Of a stretch of DNA of 64,000 bases, positions 55,151-64,000 are shown in pieces (positions within the stretch are counted from its first letter, which is position 1; every line of letters begins with the position of its first letter). A model generated the notes under the pieces. The model ran no database searches, was not told the origin of the DNA, and worked only from the letters and a program-made list of their open reading frames with translations. Origin of the DNA: Myxococcota bacterium (GTDB lineage: Bacteria > Myxococcota_A > Polyangia > Nannocystales > Nannocystaceae); NCBI GenBank assembly GCA_039028615.1, contig JBCCHT010000008.1, positions 192,001 to 256,000 on the forward strand. Direction: 5' to 3'. The position numbers were made by a program, and so were the translations under genes.

Positions 55151-57327
55151 ACATCGCCGTCAAGGAGGGTGAGACCCTCGCCAGGTTTGCCAAGCGCATC
55201 GGGTCTACGGTCGATCAGGTCATCGACGGAGATCGTCGGCTCGCCGGCAAAGACGGTGGCTACGTGCCGGATACGGACGGCATCAAGGTCATCACCGTCA
55301 AGGTGAAGCAAGAGCCGGTCCTCGAGGACGAGACGCTGCTCGCCTTCTGCCGGCGACTGAAGGTCAAGCAGTCCCACCTCGAAGTCCTCAATCCGGGGAT
55401 CGTCAGTGGCCTCACCACCGAGACGCACCCCATGCGGCAGATGAGCGCGCTGCAGAAGATCAAGCTGCTCGACAGGAACATCGAAGAAATTACCATACTC
55501 GACCTCGGGGCCCCGAGGCTTCCGGTCGCCGCAGAGCCGCTGCGAGGCCACAGGAACCCCGACTACCGGTGGCTCACGTACGAGACGCTGTTCAACCAGC
55601 GACCGTTTCGAAAGACCAACAAGGGCCGCGAGATGGGGCTCTATCGGGTCCCCCTCGATCGCGTGCGGGTGTTCGTCCGCGAGGGCATCGAGCCGGAGCA
55701 GCTCTCCACGTTGACCAAGGCGTTCTTTCCCGAGCTCGAGCCCGCGCAGCTCGCCACCCTCTCCGCCACGGAATGGCCGTGGAAGGACACTCCGCGCCAA
55801 CCGTCGAGCGTCGAGATGAGCGCGCCCGTCGTCGCGGCCAACCGCCAGCAGAACGTCCTTCACCTCCCTCCGTTCGCGGTGTTTCCGTACAACTTTCACG
55901 ACAACTCTACATCGTCCGAGGCGATCGGCACGAAGGACCGTACGAAGTTCGGGGCGCCCATCGAGCGCCTCGGTGATCGCTGGCAGTTCTGGAAGACCGC
56001 CTCGCGCAGCTGCATCGTGGAGCTCGGAGACATGACCGAGGCGGCAAAGCGGTGGCCCGTCACGAGCGATCCTTGGCCGTATCCGGCCAACCTGCTCAGT
56101 CAACAACCGCGAGACCAGGTCGGTTCTCGAGAGCGGGAGCGGGAGTTCGACGACGGCGAGATCGCGGCGTTCGACCATGCCCGAGCGAGACGAGCGTACT
56201 CGGTCAAGACCGGGGTGATGTTCGTCGGCTCGACCGACCAGCAAGGCGCGCACAAGGACCAGCTCGAGCTGAACTCGATCATCGCGTGCCTACGCAGTGA
56301 TCTGGTCGCGAGCCGGGGTCTCAATTCAAAGAAGACTGGGCTCATCGTCCAGACGGAGCTCCTCTCCGTCACCGATCGCAACATGGAGAACCCGGACGAG
56401 CCCGGCGATGGGTACCAAGTCAGAGACATCTCGGGCCTCGATCCAGAAAAGCTCTATATTCCCCCGATCAGCATTCCCTACCTGGATCGAAATCTAGTGC
56501 AGCATTGCCGGAGGTTCGAGCATGTCGCCGATCCTACGTGGCTCGAATTCTGGGGCGAGACGTTCGCGCACGCTCTGGGGCGGGCGAAGGCAGTGCTCAT
56601 GCTCCACTACGGCCTGCAGATGCTGACTCCCAACTCGCAGAACTGGCTCTTGGAGTTCGAGCCGGGCACTCCGCCAGAGCCCACGGGAGTCGTCGTCGTA
56701 CGCGATCTCGGAGACGCTGCGCTGCACCGCGAGGTCATCTGGGCACGCTACGGAGGTCGCGGGCTCCCGCCTCAGCACGACCTTAGAGATGAAGCCGAGA
56801 AGGGGGCGGCCGAGAAGCTACTGACGACCCTCGACCACCCGACGATCCGGTACGAAGCGGAGGCGCTCTCGGCCGCAGAGGACCCGAGCGGAGACAAGAA
56901 CTATCCGCAAGAAACCGGTTCCACCGAGGTCCGTCAGTTCGGGCCGCGCGGCACTCGGCTGCTATGGCACCGATACTCGACACTCAGCCGAGCATCATCC
57001 TTGGTCGTGGAGACGGAAAACGACCTCGACGCACGCGCCCGGGGGTGGCAACACGTCGCGGCTGCGATGTCCTTATGGGGCGTTGCCCACGCACGAGGGT
57101 ACATCCGAACCGTCGAAGAGCTGCTCCGCACGAAACTCGAGATCGATCTAGACGCAGCTCCTTCTCCCGAGCGGTATTTGGGGCTCGCGGACGATGAGTT
57201 CAAGAAAGCCGAGAAGTTCTACGAGCAAGACCGCGAATGGGAGGACGGCGAGGCCAACGGGATCAGCACGATCGTCCATCAGCACCTCATGAGCGAAGAG
57301 GGCCAGAACGCGATCCGAGAGCTCTAG
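55147..57327 (+). CDS. Large protein with degenerate LysM repeats and an IucA/IucC-like C-terminal domain
   Basis: VKEGETLARFAKRIG; LEVLNPGI; YSVKT..., LHYGLQMLTPNSQNWLLEF, VVVRDLGD. Confidence 0.6.
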   Translation: MNIAVKEGETLARFAKRIGSTVDQVIDGDRRLAGKDGGYVPDTDGIKVITVKVKQEPVLEDETLLAFCRRLKVKQSHLEVLNPGIVSGLTTETHPMRQMSALQKIKLLDRNIEEITILDLGAPRLPVAAEPLRGHRNPDYRWLTYETLFNQRPFRKTNKGREMGLYRVPLDRVRVFVREGIEPEQLSTLTKAFFPELEPAQLATLSATEWPWKDTPRQPSSVEMSAPVVAANRQQNVLHLPPFAVFPYNFHDNSTSSEAIGTKDRTKFGAPIERLGDRWQFWKTASRSCIVELGDMTEAAKRWPVTSDPWPYPANLLSQQPRDQVGSREREREFDDGEIAAFDHARARRAYSVKTGVMFVGSTDQQGAHKDQLELNSIIACLRSDLVASRGLNSKKTGLIVQTELLSVTDRNMENPDEPGDGYQVRDISGLDPEKLYIPPISIPYLDRNLVQHCRRFEHVADPTWLEFWGETFAHALGRAKAVLMLHYGLQMLTPNSQNWLLEFEPGTPPEPTGVVVVRDLGDAALHREVIWARYGGRGLPPQHDLRDEAEKGAAEKLLTTLDHPTIRYEAEALSAAEDPSGDKNYPQETGSTEVRQFGPRGTRLLWHRYSTLSRASSLVVETENDLDARARGWQHVAAAMSLWGVAHARGYIRTVEELLRTKLEIDLDAAPSPERYLGLADDEFKKAEKFYEQDREWEDGEANGISTIVHQHLMSEEGQNAIREL

Positions 57328-57571
57328 CGGGCTCGGGAGGTGGCAGCAGGGCTCGAAGCTCGACGAGGGAGTCGCTCCCCAGGGCGTGAAGTGGCCTGAC
57401 AGGATCACGCCGAGGCTGGTACCTGGAGGTCTACATGACCCAAGAACCCGACGACGTGTGCCGGGTGCATACGTGGGCTGTGCTGCCTCCGGGCGAGACG
57501 GCTCGCACGCTCATCCCCGGCTCGCCGCCACGCCCTGGCGGCCGGAACGACCCCCGGCACACGCTCGCGAC

Positions 57572-58597
57572 CTACCCTCCGGGCGAAGACATCTGAAGGC
57601 CGTTGTAGATGTCGTTGCCCGCAGCCGGCACGCACTTGCCCTTCGCCTCGTAGTAGACCTCTTGCCCGACCGCGCACCCGTGCTCGTCTCGGAATAGGAG
57701 GTCGTCGGCGGTCGTCGGCGCGGAGATGCTCTCGCAGCGGGTGCCGTTCCAAACTTCTTCATTGGCACGACAGTTGTGCTCGTCGACGACGAGCAGGGGC
57801 ACGAAACCGTCCGCGTCGGGTGCGTACGCATCGGGATCGAAGTCGGCGATCGCCTGCAGCCCGAGCCGAAGCGGAACCCGGCATTGTGGAGTGAGCGAAC
57901 CGGCTCGCTGCGCCTCTTCGCAGCTGGCCGCCAGCCCCTCGCTGGACACCAACTCCCCCACGTACGCATTACCGCCCCCCGCCCCCACGCCGAACACCGT
58001 CGCCGCGGCTGCGATCTCCCGCGTCTTGCCCGTAACGAGCGCGAAGCCACCGAGGTAGATGCGATTGACGACATGCGTCGCGCGGTCGCAATCCTGACCG
58101 GCGAGCGAACTCTGCTCGTAGCGCTGCCCGATGGGCAGCGTCATCATGCCGGCGAAGCGATAGTCGGTTCGAATCGAGTTTCCCACGGCGAGCTTGCCCT
58201 CGAGGGCCGCCGCCCCGAGCGGCAGCTTGGCGAACAGCTCCGTCTGGTTGGACGCGATCCTCGTCTCGTTGCCCGGGTACGCCGAGAACGAATATCGCCC
58301 CTGGCCGATACAGTTGGGCAAGACCTCGAGCTTCACGTCACAGCCGTTGGCGGAATAGCGAACCGCCAGCACGCCCTGCTCGCTCATCGCCGCGACATTG
58401 GCCCGAAAATCCATCGCCAGCCCCATCAGGTCCGGCTGCTGGCTGACGGACGACTCGTCACAGCGGTCCCCGAACGCCGGGCCCCGTCCGTCGACATCAA
58501 CCCCGCCCTCATCCGGCCGCTCGGGAGACGGGCTCCGGCAGCTGGACATCGAAACGAGTGCGGCGGTGAGTGGAACCGAGAACAGCAATGAGCGCAT
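57572..58597 (-). CDS. Hypothetical Cys-containing lipoprotein
   Basis: MRSLLFSVPLTAALVSMSSC lipobox; VRYSANGCDVKLEVLPNC; DCDRATHVV. Confidence 0.7.
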   Translation of the reverse strand: MRSLLFSVPLTAALVSMSSCRSPSPERPDEGGVDVDGRGPAFGDRCDESSVSQQPDLMGLAMDFRANVAAMSEQGVLAVRYSANGCDVKLEVLPNCIGQGRYSFSAYPGNETRIASNQTELFAKLPLGAAALEGKLAVGNSIRTDYRFAGMMTLPIGQRYEQSSLAGQDCDRATHVVNRIYLGGFALVTGKTREIAAAATVFGVGAGGGNAYVGELVSSEGLAASCEEAQRAGSLTPQCRVPLRLGLQAIADFDPDAYAPDADGFVPLLVVDEHNCRANEEVWNGTRCESISAPTTADDLLFRDEHGCAVGQEVYYEAKGKCVPAAGNDIYNGLQMSSPGG

Positions 58598-58844
58598 GGG
58601 GGACCCTCGTCGTCCTGCTCGGACGGGCGTTGATGACCGTCGCATCTTTTCGTGCGCGCACCAAGGCTCGGCCAACGCTACCGAACGGCACATGGCGCAG
58701 GCCTCGAGCCCATCCTGGTCGTCTCAGGGCGCGGAAACCCGGCTCTGCGCTTCAGCAGGCACCGCGACGGCCGATTTGCCGCCGCGCTGCGTGGCCGCTA
58801 TGTTTGCGTATCGCGACGCGTCGGCGCCGTCGATCGAGGAACCA

Positions 58845-59120
58845 GTGGAGCACAAGCTTCGAACGCTCGTCCGCACCGATCACTGCAAGATCGACCACTG
58901 CCAGTGCGGTGCGGTTCATATCTCCGTGGGCAATACCACCGTGCGTGTCCAGACGAACAACGCGCGAGAGCTACGGGATGCGCTCGTGCGTGCCATGGCC
59001 GAGATCGACGCGCCCAACACCACGACGGCCACCGTGCGGCCGAGAGTGGGCGGGCCGTTTCGGATCGTGCTGCCCGATGATCCCGAGCAGGACGACGGGG
59101 ACGATCCGCAGTTTCACTGA
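58845..59120 (+). CDS. Small protein with a CxCGxxH motif
   Basis: GAGGA RBS before the GTG at 58845; HCKIDHCQCGAVHISVGNTTVR. Confidence 0.55.
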   Translation: MEHKLRTLVRTDHCKIDHCQCGAVHISVGNTTVRVQTNNARELRDALVRAMAEIDAPNTTTATVRPRVGGPFRIVLPDDPEQDDGDDPQFH

Positions 59121-59190
59121 GGCGAGCGGGCGCGCTCGGTGACGCCTGCCTACGGAGGCAAGCGGCTCGCGACCACGCACTCGATGGCCG

Positions 59191-60456
59191 TCACAGCTCT
59201 GCTCGCGCAATGGCCCCAGGGCCTTTACCTGTCCCCGGATGCTCTTCGTATTGACCAACCATCGCGAGCAGCTTTGAGTCCGTAACCTCAGGGCAAGGCT
59301 CCGCCGATGGGATCGACCGAGCTCGTTTGGGCAACAAGGTTGGCAGACCGTCGACCTGCACGCTCGGATCCTGGAAGAACTGGTGCCGGATCTCGCGCCC
59401 GAGAATCTCCGCCAGGGCGGACGGCACTGCGTTCCCGACTTGCTTGTGCGCCGAGAGGTTGTCACCCACGATTTCGAAGTCCGCGGGAAATGTCTGCAGC
59501 GCACACAGTTCTGCTGACGAGAGCCGTCGATTCTTCCAATGGAACGGCCCAATTGCAGGCCCCGGCTGAGCAGTGATCGTCGGCGCCGGCAATCGCTTGG
59601 CAATCTTGTAGAGCATTGACCAATACCTCCGCCGCCAGCCGAAGAGCTGGAGCCCTCCCCCACGATCCGTGTGGTAGAGGTAGTTCATCCCCTCAGGGAT
59701 ACTTGGAAGCAACGCCGCGTACTTTCCCTTTGGCTGTAGCTCGGTGGTGTCCGGTTCCGGCAAACGACCGATGGCATCCCATGCACAGAGAGGACGTTTT
59801 CTCGAGGCATGTCCTTGTCGAGGAGTCTCGACACCTCCCTTCGCCATGTCGATCTTGGCGGGAAGGTTGTGTGTAGGGGTAGGAAAACGAAAGAGCTTCC
59901 CACCGCGGTGCCCGATGACGAAGACGCGTTGACGAACCTGTGGGACTCCGTACTCGACCGCGTTTAGCTGTTGTGCTGCGAAAGAATAGTTCGTCCCGTG
60001 CTTTGCGTTGATGTCCGCAATCGCCCGCTCAAGTAACTGCAACCCCTCGGCCTTTGCACTGAAGGCAAGCCCAGGCACGTTCTCCAGCAAGAACACCTCA
60101 GGTAGGGTGTCTTCGAGCACTCTGAGGTAGGCGTGTAGCGTTTTCGCGCGCGGATCGTTCAACCGCTTGGCGTCACCTGTATGCCAGTAGCCGGATTTCG
60201 AGAAGGGTTGACATGGAGGGCCACCTGCAAGAAGCCGCGGCTCGCCCCGTCGTAACCCAGCTCTGTCGAGGATCACATCGCTCCTGCCCTCGTCTCCATG
60301 GATGTCACCGTGGATGATCTCCCAGCTTCGATTCTTCCGCAGCGTGGTCACGGCGTCCTGGTCGAACTCGACCGCGACACGAGTCGAAAAACCTGCGGCC
60401 TCAAGCCCGAGGTCGAGACCTCCGGCCCCAGTGTAGAGACTGATGACGCTGAACAT
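59191..60456 (-). CDS. DNA (cytosine-5) methyltransferase
   Basis: SLYTGAGGLDLG (motif I), GGPPCQPFS (IV), ENV (VI), QVRQRVF (VIII), QTFP (IX), QVGNAVP (X). Confidence 0.95.
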   Translation of the reverse strand: MFSVISLYTGAGGLDLGLEAAGFSTRVAVEFDQDAVTTLRKNRSWEIIHGDIHGDEGRSDVILDRAGLRRGEPRLLAGGPPCQPFSKSGYWHTGDAKRLNDPRAKTLHAYLRVLEDTLPEVFLLENVPGLAFSAKAEGLQLLERAIADINAKHGTNYSFAAQQLNAVEYGVPQVRQRVFVIGHRGGKLFRFPTPTHNLPAKIDMAKGGVETPRQGHASRKRPLCAWDAIGRLPEPDTTELQPKGKYAALLPSIPEGMNYLYHTDRGGGLQLFGWRRRYWSMLYKIAKRLPAPTITAQPGPAIGPFHWKNRRLSSAELCALQTFPADFEIVGDNLSAHKQVGNAVPSALAEILGREIRHQFFQDPSVQVDGLPTLLPKRARSIPSAEPCPEVTDSKLLAMVGQYEEHPGTGKGPGAIARAEL

Positions 60457-60568
60457 CCGGCCATGTCTTCGTACCAAATCTGAAAACAGCCGGCAACGCC
60501 GCATGGATCGATTGGGCCGTAAGGGGGACACGCAGAGGTCACGATCGGCCCGAATTCTAGGTAACCAT

Positions 60569-62668
60569 GTGGGGGTGTCCCCAAGAGCAGCTCTTGCATC
60601 CTGGCTTGCGTCTCACTCAGGCGGATTATTGGAGATCGAGGGGACGGGTAACGGCTGGCCAGCCAAGATGAAGATCAACCTGGCGGGTCGTTGGGTTCCA
60701 GCCGCTGTCTACATCGGACCCATCGGGGAGTCCCATCGCAAACGAAGCGATGAGCGCCGTTTCCAAAACCCAGGCCAAGACCGTCCGATCAGCGATGTCG
60801 ATGGAGGAGTGCCGCTTCTTCTCGGCGTCTGGAACCCCGAGGACGATCGCGAGGCCGTGCTCGTGGCATTCGATGCCTATCGCCGCGTGGGACTACGAAC
60901 GCGTTTCTCAATGTTCCTGCCGGCCTCTTTGCTCGACGATGCGCAAGCAGAGGGCAGTGCGGAGCACGAAAGCACCTCGGGAGAGCTGATCCAAGCCTTC
61001 CCCGTTTCGCGGCTCTGCGACTACCTGGGTACGCTATTCGATCCCGGGCTCATTGAATCCGCGAACACAACGAACGGCTCCAGACCGCTGGCCGTGTCCG
61101 ACGCGACCTCGAGTTCAGCGGTGCATATTCGGCCCAAAGTGGGGATGTACGCCGCTTTCGCACGCTTGAACTACAAGCCGTGGTTCGCACTGGCCGAGTT
61201 CGTCGACAACGCAGTGCAAAGCTACCTCGCGCATCGGTCTCAGCTAGGTGAAGAACCCCTTCAAGTCGATATCCGAATTGACGACACAGAGATCGTGGTC
61301 TCGGACCGCGCCGCGGGAATTCCTTGGTCTCAGTTCCCGCGCGCATTCAGCCCTAGTCAACCACCACCGGATCCCTCCGGCCTATCGGAGTTTGGTCTCG
61401 GTATGAAAGCGGCGGCCTGTTGGTTCGCGAACACTTGGTCGGTTCGGACCTCGGCCCTCGGTGACCCTGTCGAGCGTCAGATCCGATTCGACGTTGCCCG
61501 AATCACTCAAGCGGGGATCGAGCATCTGGAAGTGGAGCAACGGCCTGCACCCGCCGACAGTCACTACACAATCGTCACACTCTCCAATCCAAGGGTTCGC
61601 CTGCGCACCCGAACACTGAGCAAGATCAAGGCCCACCTATCGAGCATCTATCGAATCCTGATGGAAAAAGGCCTTGTCAAACTGACCGTTGAGTCGGCGT
61701 CAAAGAAGGAGCAGCTTTCGTTCTCTCGGCGAGACGTTCTCGAGGCTCCATACTTCCGCGAGCCAAACGAAAAGCCCCGAATCTGGAAAAAGACCTTCCA
61801 CATCGATCTTGGAGGAGAGAAGAAAATCACCGGATGGGCCGCGTTGCTGGAAAAAGGAAGCGCGTCCCGTGCCGGACTCAGCGTCTTCAGAAGAGACCGA
61901 CTGATCCAAGGCAGTGACGACGAAGCCTATCGACCCCTCCGGCTATTTCGTAGCCCCAACAGCTATACCTATCAACGACTCATCGGAGAGCTTCATGTCG
62001 AGGGCTTCGACGTCAGTCACACCAAGGACGGAATCCAGTGGGGTGGCTTGGAGCACGAAATGCTCTCTCGGCTCAAGACAGAGTTGAACTCGGACGACCT
62101 GCCGCTCCTGAAGCAGGCCGAAGGATACCGGGTGCGGCAGAAGGCCCGCGAGTTGCCTACTACCTTTGGTGCAGAGGCCCTTCAAGGCGCAGGTGCAGAA
62201 CTTCGCGGCAACGGAGCCTCCCAGACCCTGGCACAGCCGCTCGACGCCCCATCGGAAGCGACAACGAACTCAACCCTCGAGAACAAAGAGACAGAGCCGG
62301 AAGAAGAGGCTCGAGAACTCCAAGGGTTCGAGACCACCGTTCGTGTGCTCGATGAAGAATGGCGTGTTCGACTAAAGCTCGTGTCCGATGCTTCGCTCGA
62401 CTGGTATGGCGTGGAAGATGTCTCTGCGGAGGGGGGCACACACTTCGACGTTTGGATCAACCTCGGGCATCCTTTCAGCGAATCCTACGTCAACAGCGAC
62501 GAAAACACTCTGGGCCCGGTTGTTCGATTAGTCGCGGCCATGGCCCTTGCAGAGCAGGCTGCGTTTCGTGGCGGGGTTCGGCGGGCATCGATGCTGCGCC
62601 ACAAGGTCAACGGCCTCCTACGAGAGCACTTCGGTACACTTACTGGCGAGGATGGCGCTACAGGATGA
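60569..62668 (+). CDS. MORC/MutL-like GHKL ATPase with an extra N-terminal domain
   Basis: LNYKPWFALAEFVDNAVQS, DRAAGI, LSEFGLGMKAA, SVRT; start uncertain (the ORF opens at 60443). Confidence 0.85.
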   Translation: MGVSPRAALASWLASHSGGLLEIEGTGNGWPAKMKINLAGRWVPAAVYIGPIGESHRKRSDERRFQNPGQDRPISDVDGGVPLLLGVWNPEDDREAVLVAFDAYRRVGLRTRFSMFLPASLLDDAQAEGSAEHESTSGELIQAFPVSRLCDYLGTLFDPGLIESANTTNGSRPLAVSDATSSSAVHIRPKVGMYAAFARLNYKPWFALAEFVDNAVQSYLAHRSQLGEEPLQVDIRIDDTEIVVSDRAAGIPWSQFPRAFSPSQPPPDPSGLSEFGLGMKAAACWFANTWSVRTSALGDPVERQIRFDVARITQAGIEHLEVEQRPAPADSHYTIVTLSNPRVRLRTRTLSKIKAHLSSIYRILMEKGLVKLTVESASKKEQLSFSRRDVLEAPYFREPNEKPRIWKKTFHIDLGGEKKITGWAALLEKGSASRAGLSVFRRDRLIQGSDDEAYRPLRLFRSPNSYTYQRLIGELHVEGFDVSHTKDGIQWGGLEHEMLSRLKTELNSDDLPLLKQAEGYRVRQKARELPTTFGAEALQGAGAELRGNGASQTLAQPLDAPSEATTNSTLENKETEPEEEARELQGFETTVRVLDEEWRVRLKLVSDASLDWYGVEDVSAEGGTHFDVWINLGHPFSESYVNSDENTLGPVVRLVAAMALAEQAAFRGGVRRASMLRHKVNGLLREHFGTLTGEDGATG

Positions 62669-64000
62669 CTCGCTACACGATCAGGCCAGGGAGCAGCTCT
62701 ATGACAGACGAGACGAATCACTGGGGCCCAGTCTGCGGTGACACGACGCGAGCGCTGGGTGAGTACCTAGTGAGAGAAGGGGAGTTGCCCGAACCGGCTG
62801 CTTTCGAACGCATTGTCGAGGAATCGGTGCGTCTCTTAGGTAATTGCGGACCTTTTCAAGGGGAGGACCAGGTGACGACCGGTTTGGTACTCGGCTATGT
62901 CCAAAGCGGCAAGACGATGTCGATGACTACCGTAGCATCCCTCGCTCGTGACAATGGTTGCAGGTTGGTCGTGCTACTTGCCGGCACGACCACCAATCTC
63001 CTCAAGCAAACCGCGCGCGAGCGAGTGCGCCCCTACCTCCTCAATCGGCCGGATCAGAGGCGAGGGTGGATTCTGATCGACACAGTCGAATCAAGAGACC
63101 TGAGCAGCTACTCCTCTATTCTCCGGGACCGAATCCGTGACTGGCTAAGTAGTGATGTACCAGAGAGGCGGAAGCGCCCGGTATTCATCACCGTAATGAA
63201 GAACCATTCTCACTTGAAACAACTAAGCCAGCTACTGAACGGGCTTCCCATGAAAGGCGTACCGTGCCTAGTCCTTGACGACGAGGCAGACCAAGCCGGG
63301 CTTGATACAAATGCCAGCAAGCGCGCGGCGGGCCAGAGTTCGCTGGAAGCTTCAACGACTCATCAGCGCATCGCTGCGATCCGGGCGGAGCTACCGCACC
63401 ACACCTACTTGCAGTACACGGCGACACCACAAGCACCATTGCTCATCAGCCTCACCGATATGCTATCCCCCGACTTCGCTCACGTTCTGACACCAGGGGC
63501 TGGATACACAGGTGGGCGGGCGTTCTTCGTCGAGAACCCAAGGCTCGTAGTCGAGCTGCCACCAGGGGATCTGTTCAATCCGAATAGCCCCCCCAGCACA
63601 CCTCCCGATTCCCTTCAGCACGCGATGCAGGATTTCCTGATCGGAGCCGCGGTCGTCGCAGTTCGCAACAGCGGTGGTGTTCGGTCCATGCTGGTCCATC
63701 CTTCTCAGCGAAAGGACGACCACCAGACCTTCCTGCGATTCGTAAACAACCTGCTAACATCGTGGAAAGACCAGCTGCGGTTGCCCCAAACGGACCCGTC
63801 GCACGTCGCATTGATGGAAGACTTGGGCAGCGCCTACGAACGGGTCGCGGGAAGCGGGCTCTCTGACATCCCTCCATTTGAAGACTTGCGCGATGAGCTA
63901 AGGTGGGTGCTCAAGGACGTAAGAGTATGGCGCGTAAACTCAGAGGACGGCCGCGAAGTCGACTGGGGTGCAGCCCCTTCGCATATCCTGGTCGGCGGCG
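62665..64000 (+). CDS. Z1-domain SF2 helicase-like protein, partial (runs off the right edge)
   Basis: My translation from ATG 62665 (ATGA overlap) includes GLVLGYVQSGKT, VVLLAG, MKN, LVLDDEADQAGLD, YLQYTATPQAPLLI, SMLVHPS. Confidence 0.88.
   Translation, partial: MTRYTIRPGSSSMTDETNHWGPVCGDTTRALGEYLVREGELPEPAAFERIVEESVRLLGNCGPFQGEDQVTTGLVLGYVQSGKTMSMTTVASLARDNGCRLVVLLAGTTTNLLKQTARERVRPYLLNRPDQRRGWILIDTVESRDLSSYSSILRDRIRDWLSSDVPERRKRPVFITVMKNHSHLKQLSQLLNGLPMKGVPCLVLDDEADQAGLDTNASKRAAGQSSLEASTTHQRIAAIRAELPHHTYLQYTATPQAPLLISLTDMLSPDFAHVLTPGAGYTGGRAFFVENPRLVVELPPGDLFNPNSPPSTPPDSLQHAMQDFLIGAAVVAVRNSGGVRSMLVHPSQRKDDHQTFLRFVNNLLTSWKDQLRLPQTDPSHVALMEDLGSAYERVAGSGLSDIPPFEDLRDELRWVLKDVRVWRVNSEDGREVDWGAAPSHILVGG

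Overview
GC-rich myxobacterial-type DNA, inferred from a MYXO-CTERM protein, many Ser/Thr/Asp-linker lipoproteins, a Ser/Thr kinase and ECF sigma factors. The highlight is an apparently undescribed RiPP cluster at about 3.0-16.5 kb. It contains an unannotated 56-aa double-glycine precursor (7287-7457, minus; core YYRCSFELTLIGGFTTRFTNA), a B12-dependent radical SAM enzyme, four JmjC/cupin oxygenases, a full-length LanB dehydratase with no LanC, an SdpA/SdpB-like (HTTM) membrane pair, and a carbamoyltransferase with an RRE-like C-terminal extension. Other notable loci: a three-domain FAD oxidoreductase/prenyltransferase/terpene-synthase-like fusion; rtcB plus an hflX-ABC-F operon preceded by a 7-codon leader ORF; a RAYT/IS200-like HUH transposase with inverted flanking repeats and mirror-image strand skew in the neighbouring genes; an orphan T6SS/eCIS-like module with a LysM/IucA-like protein; and the start of a lower-GC Dcm + MORC ATPase + Z1 defence island at the right edge. 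No tRNA, rRNA or CRISPR array was seen. All family calls come from reading motifs by eye, not from database searches.
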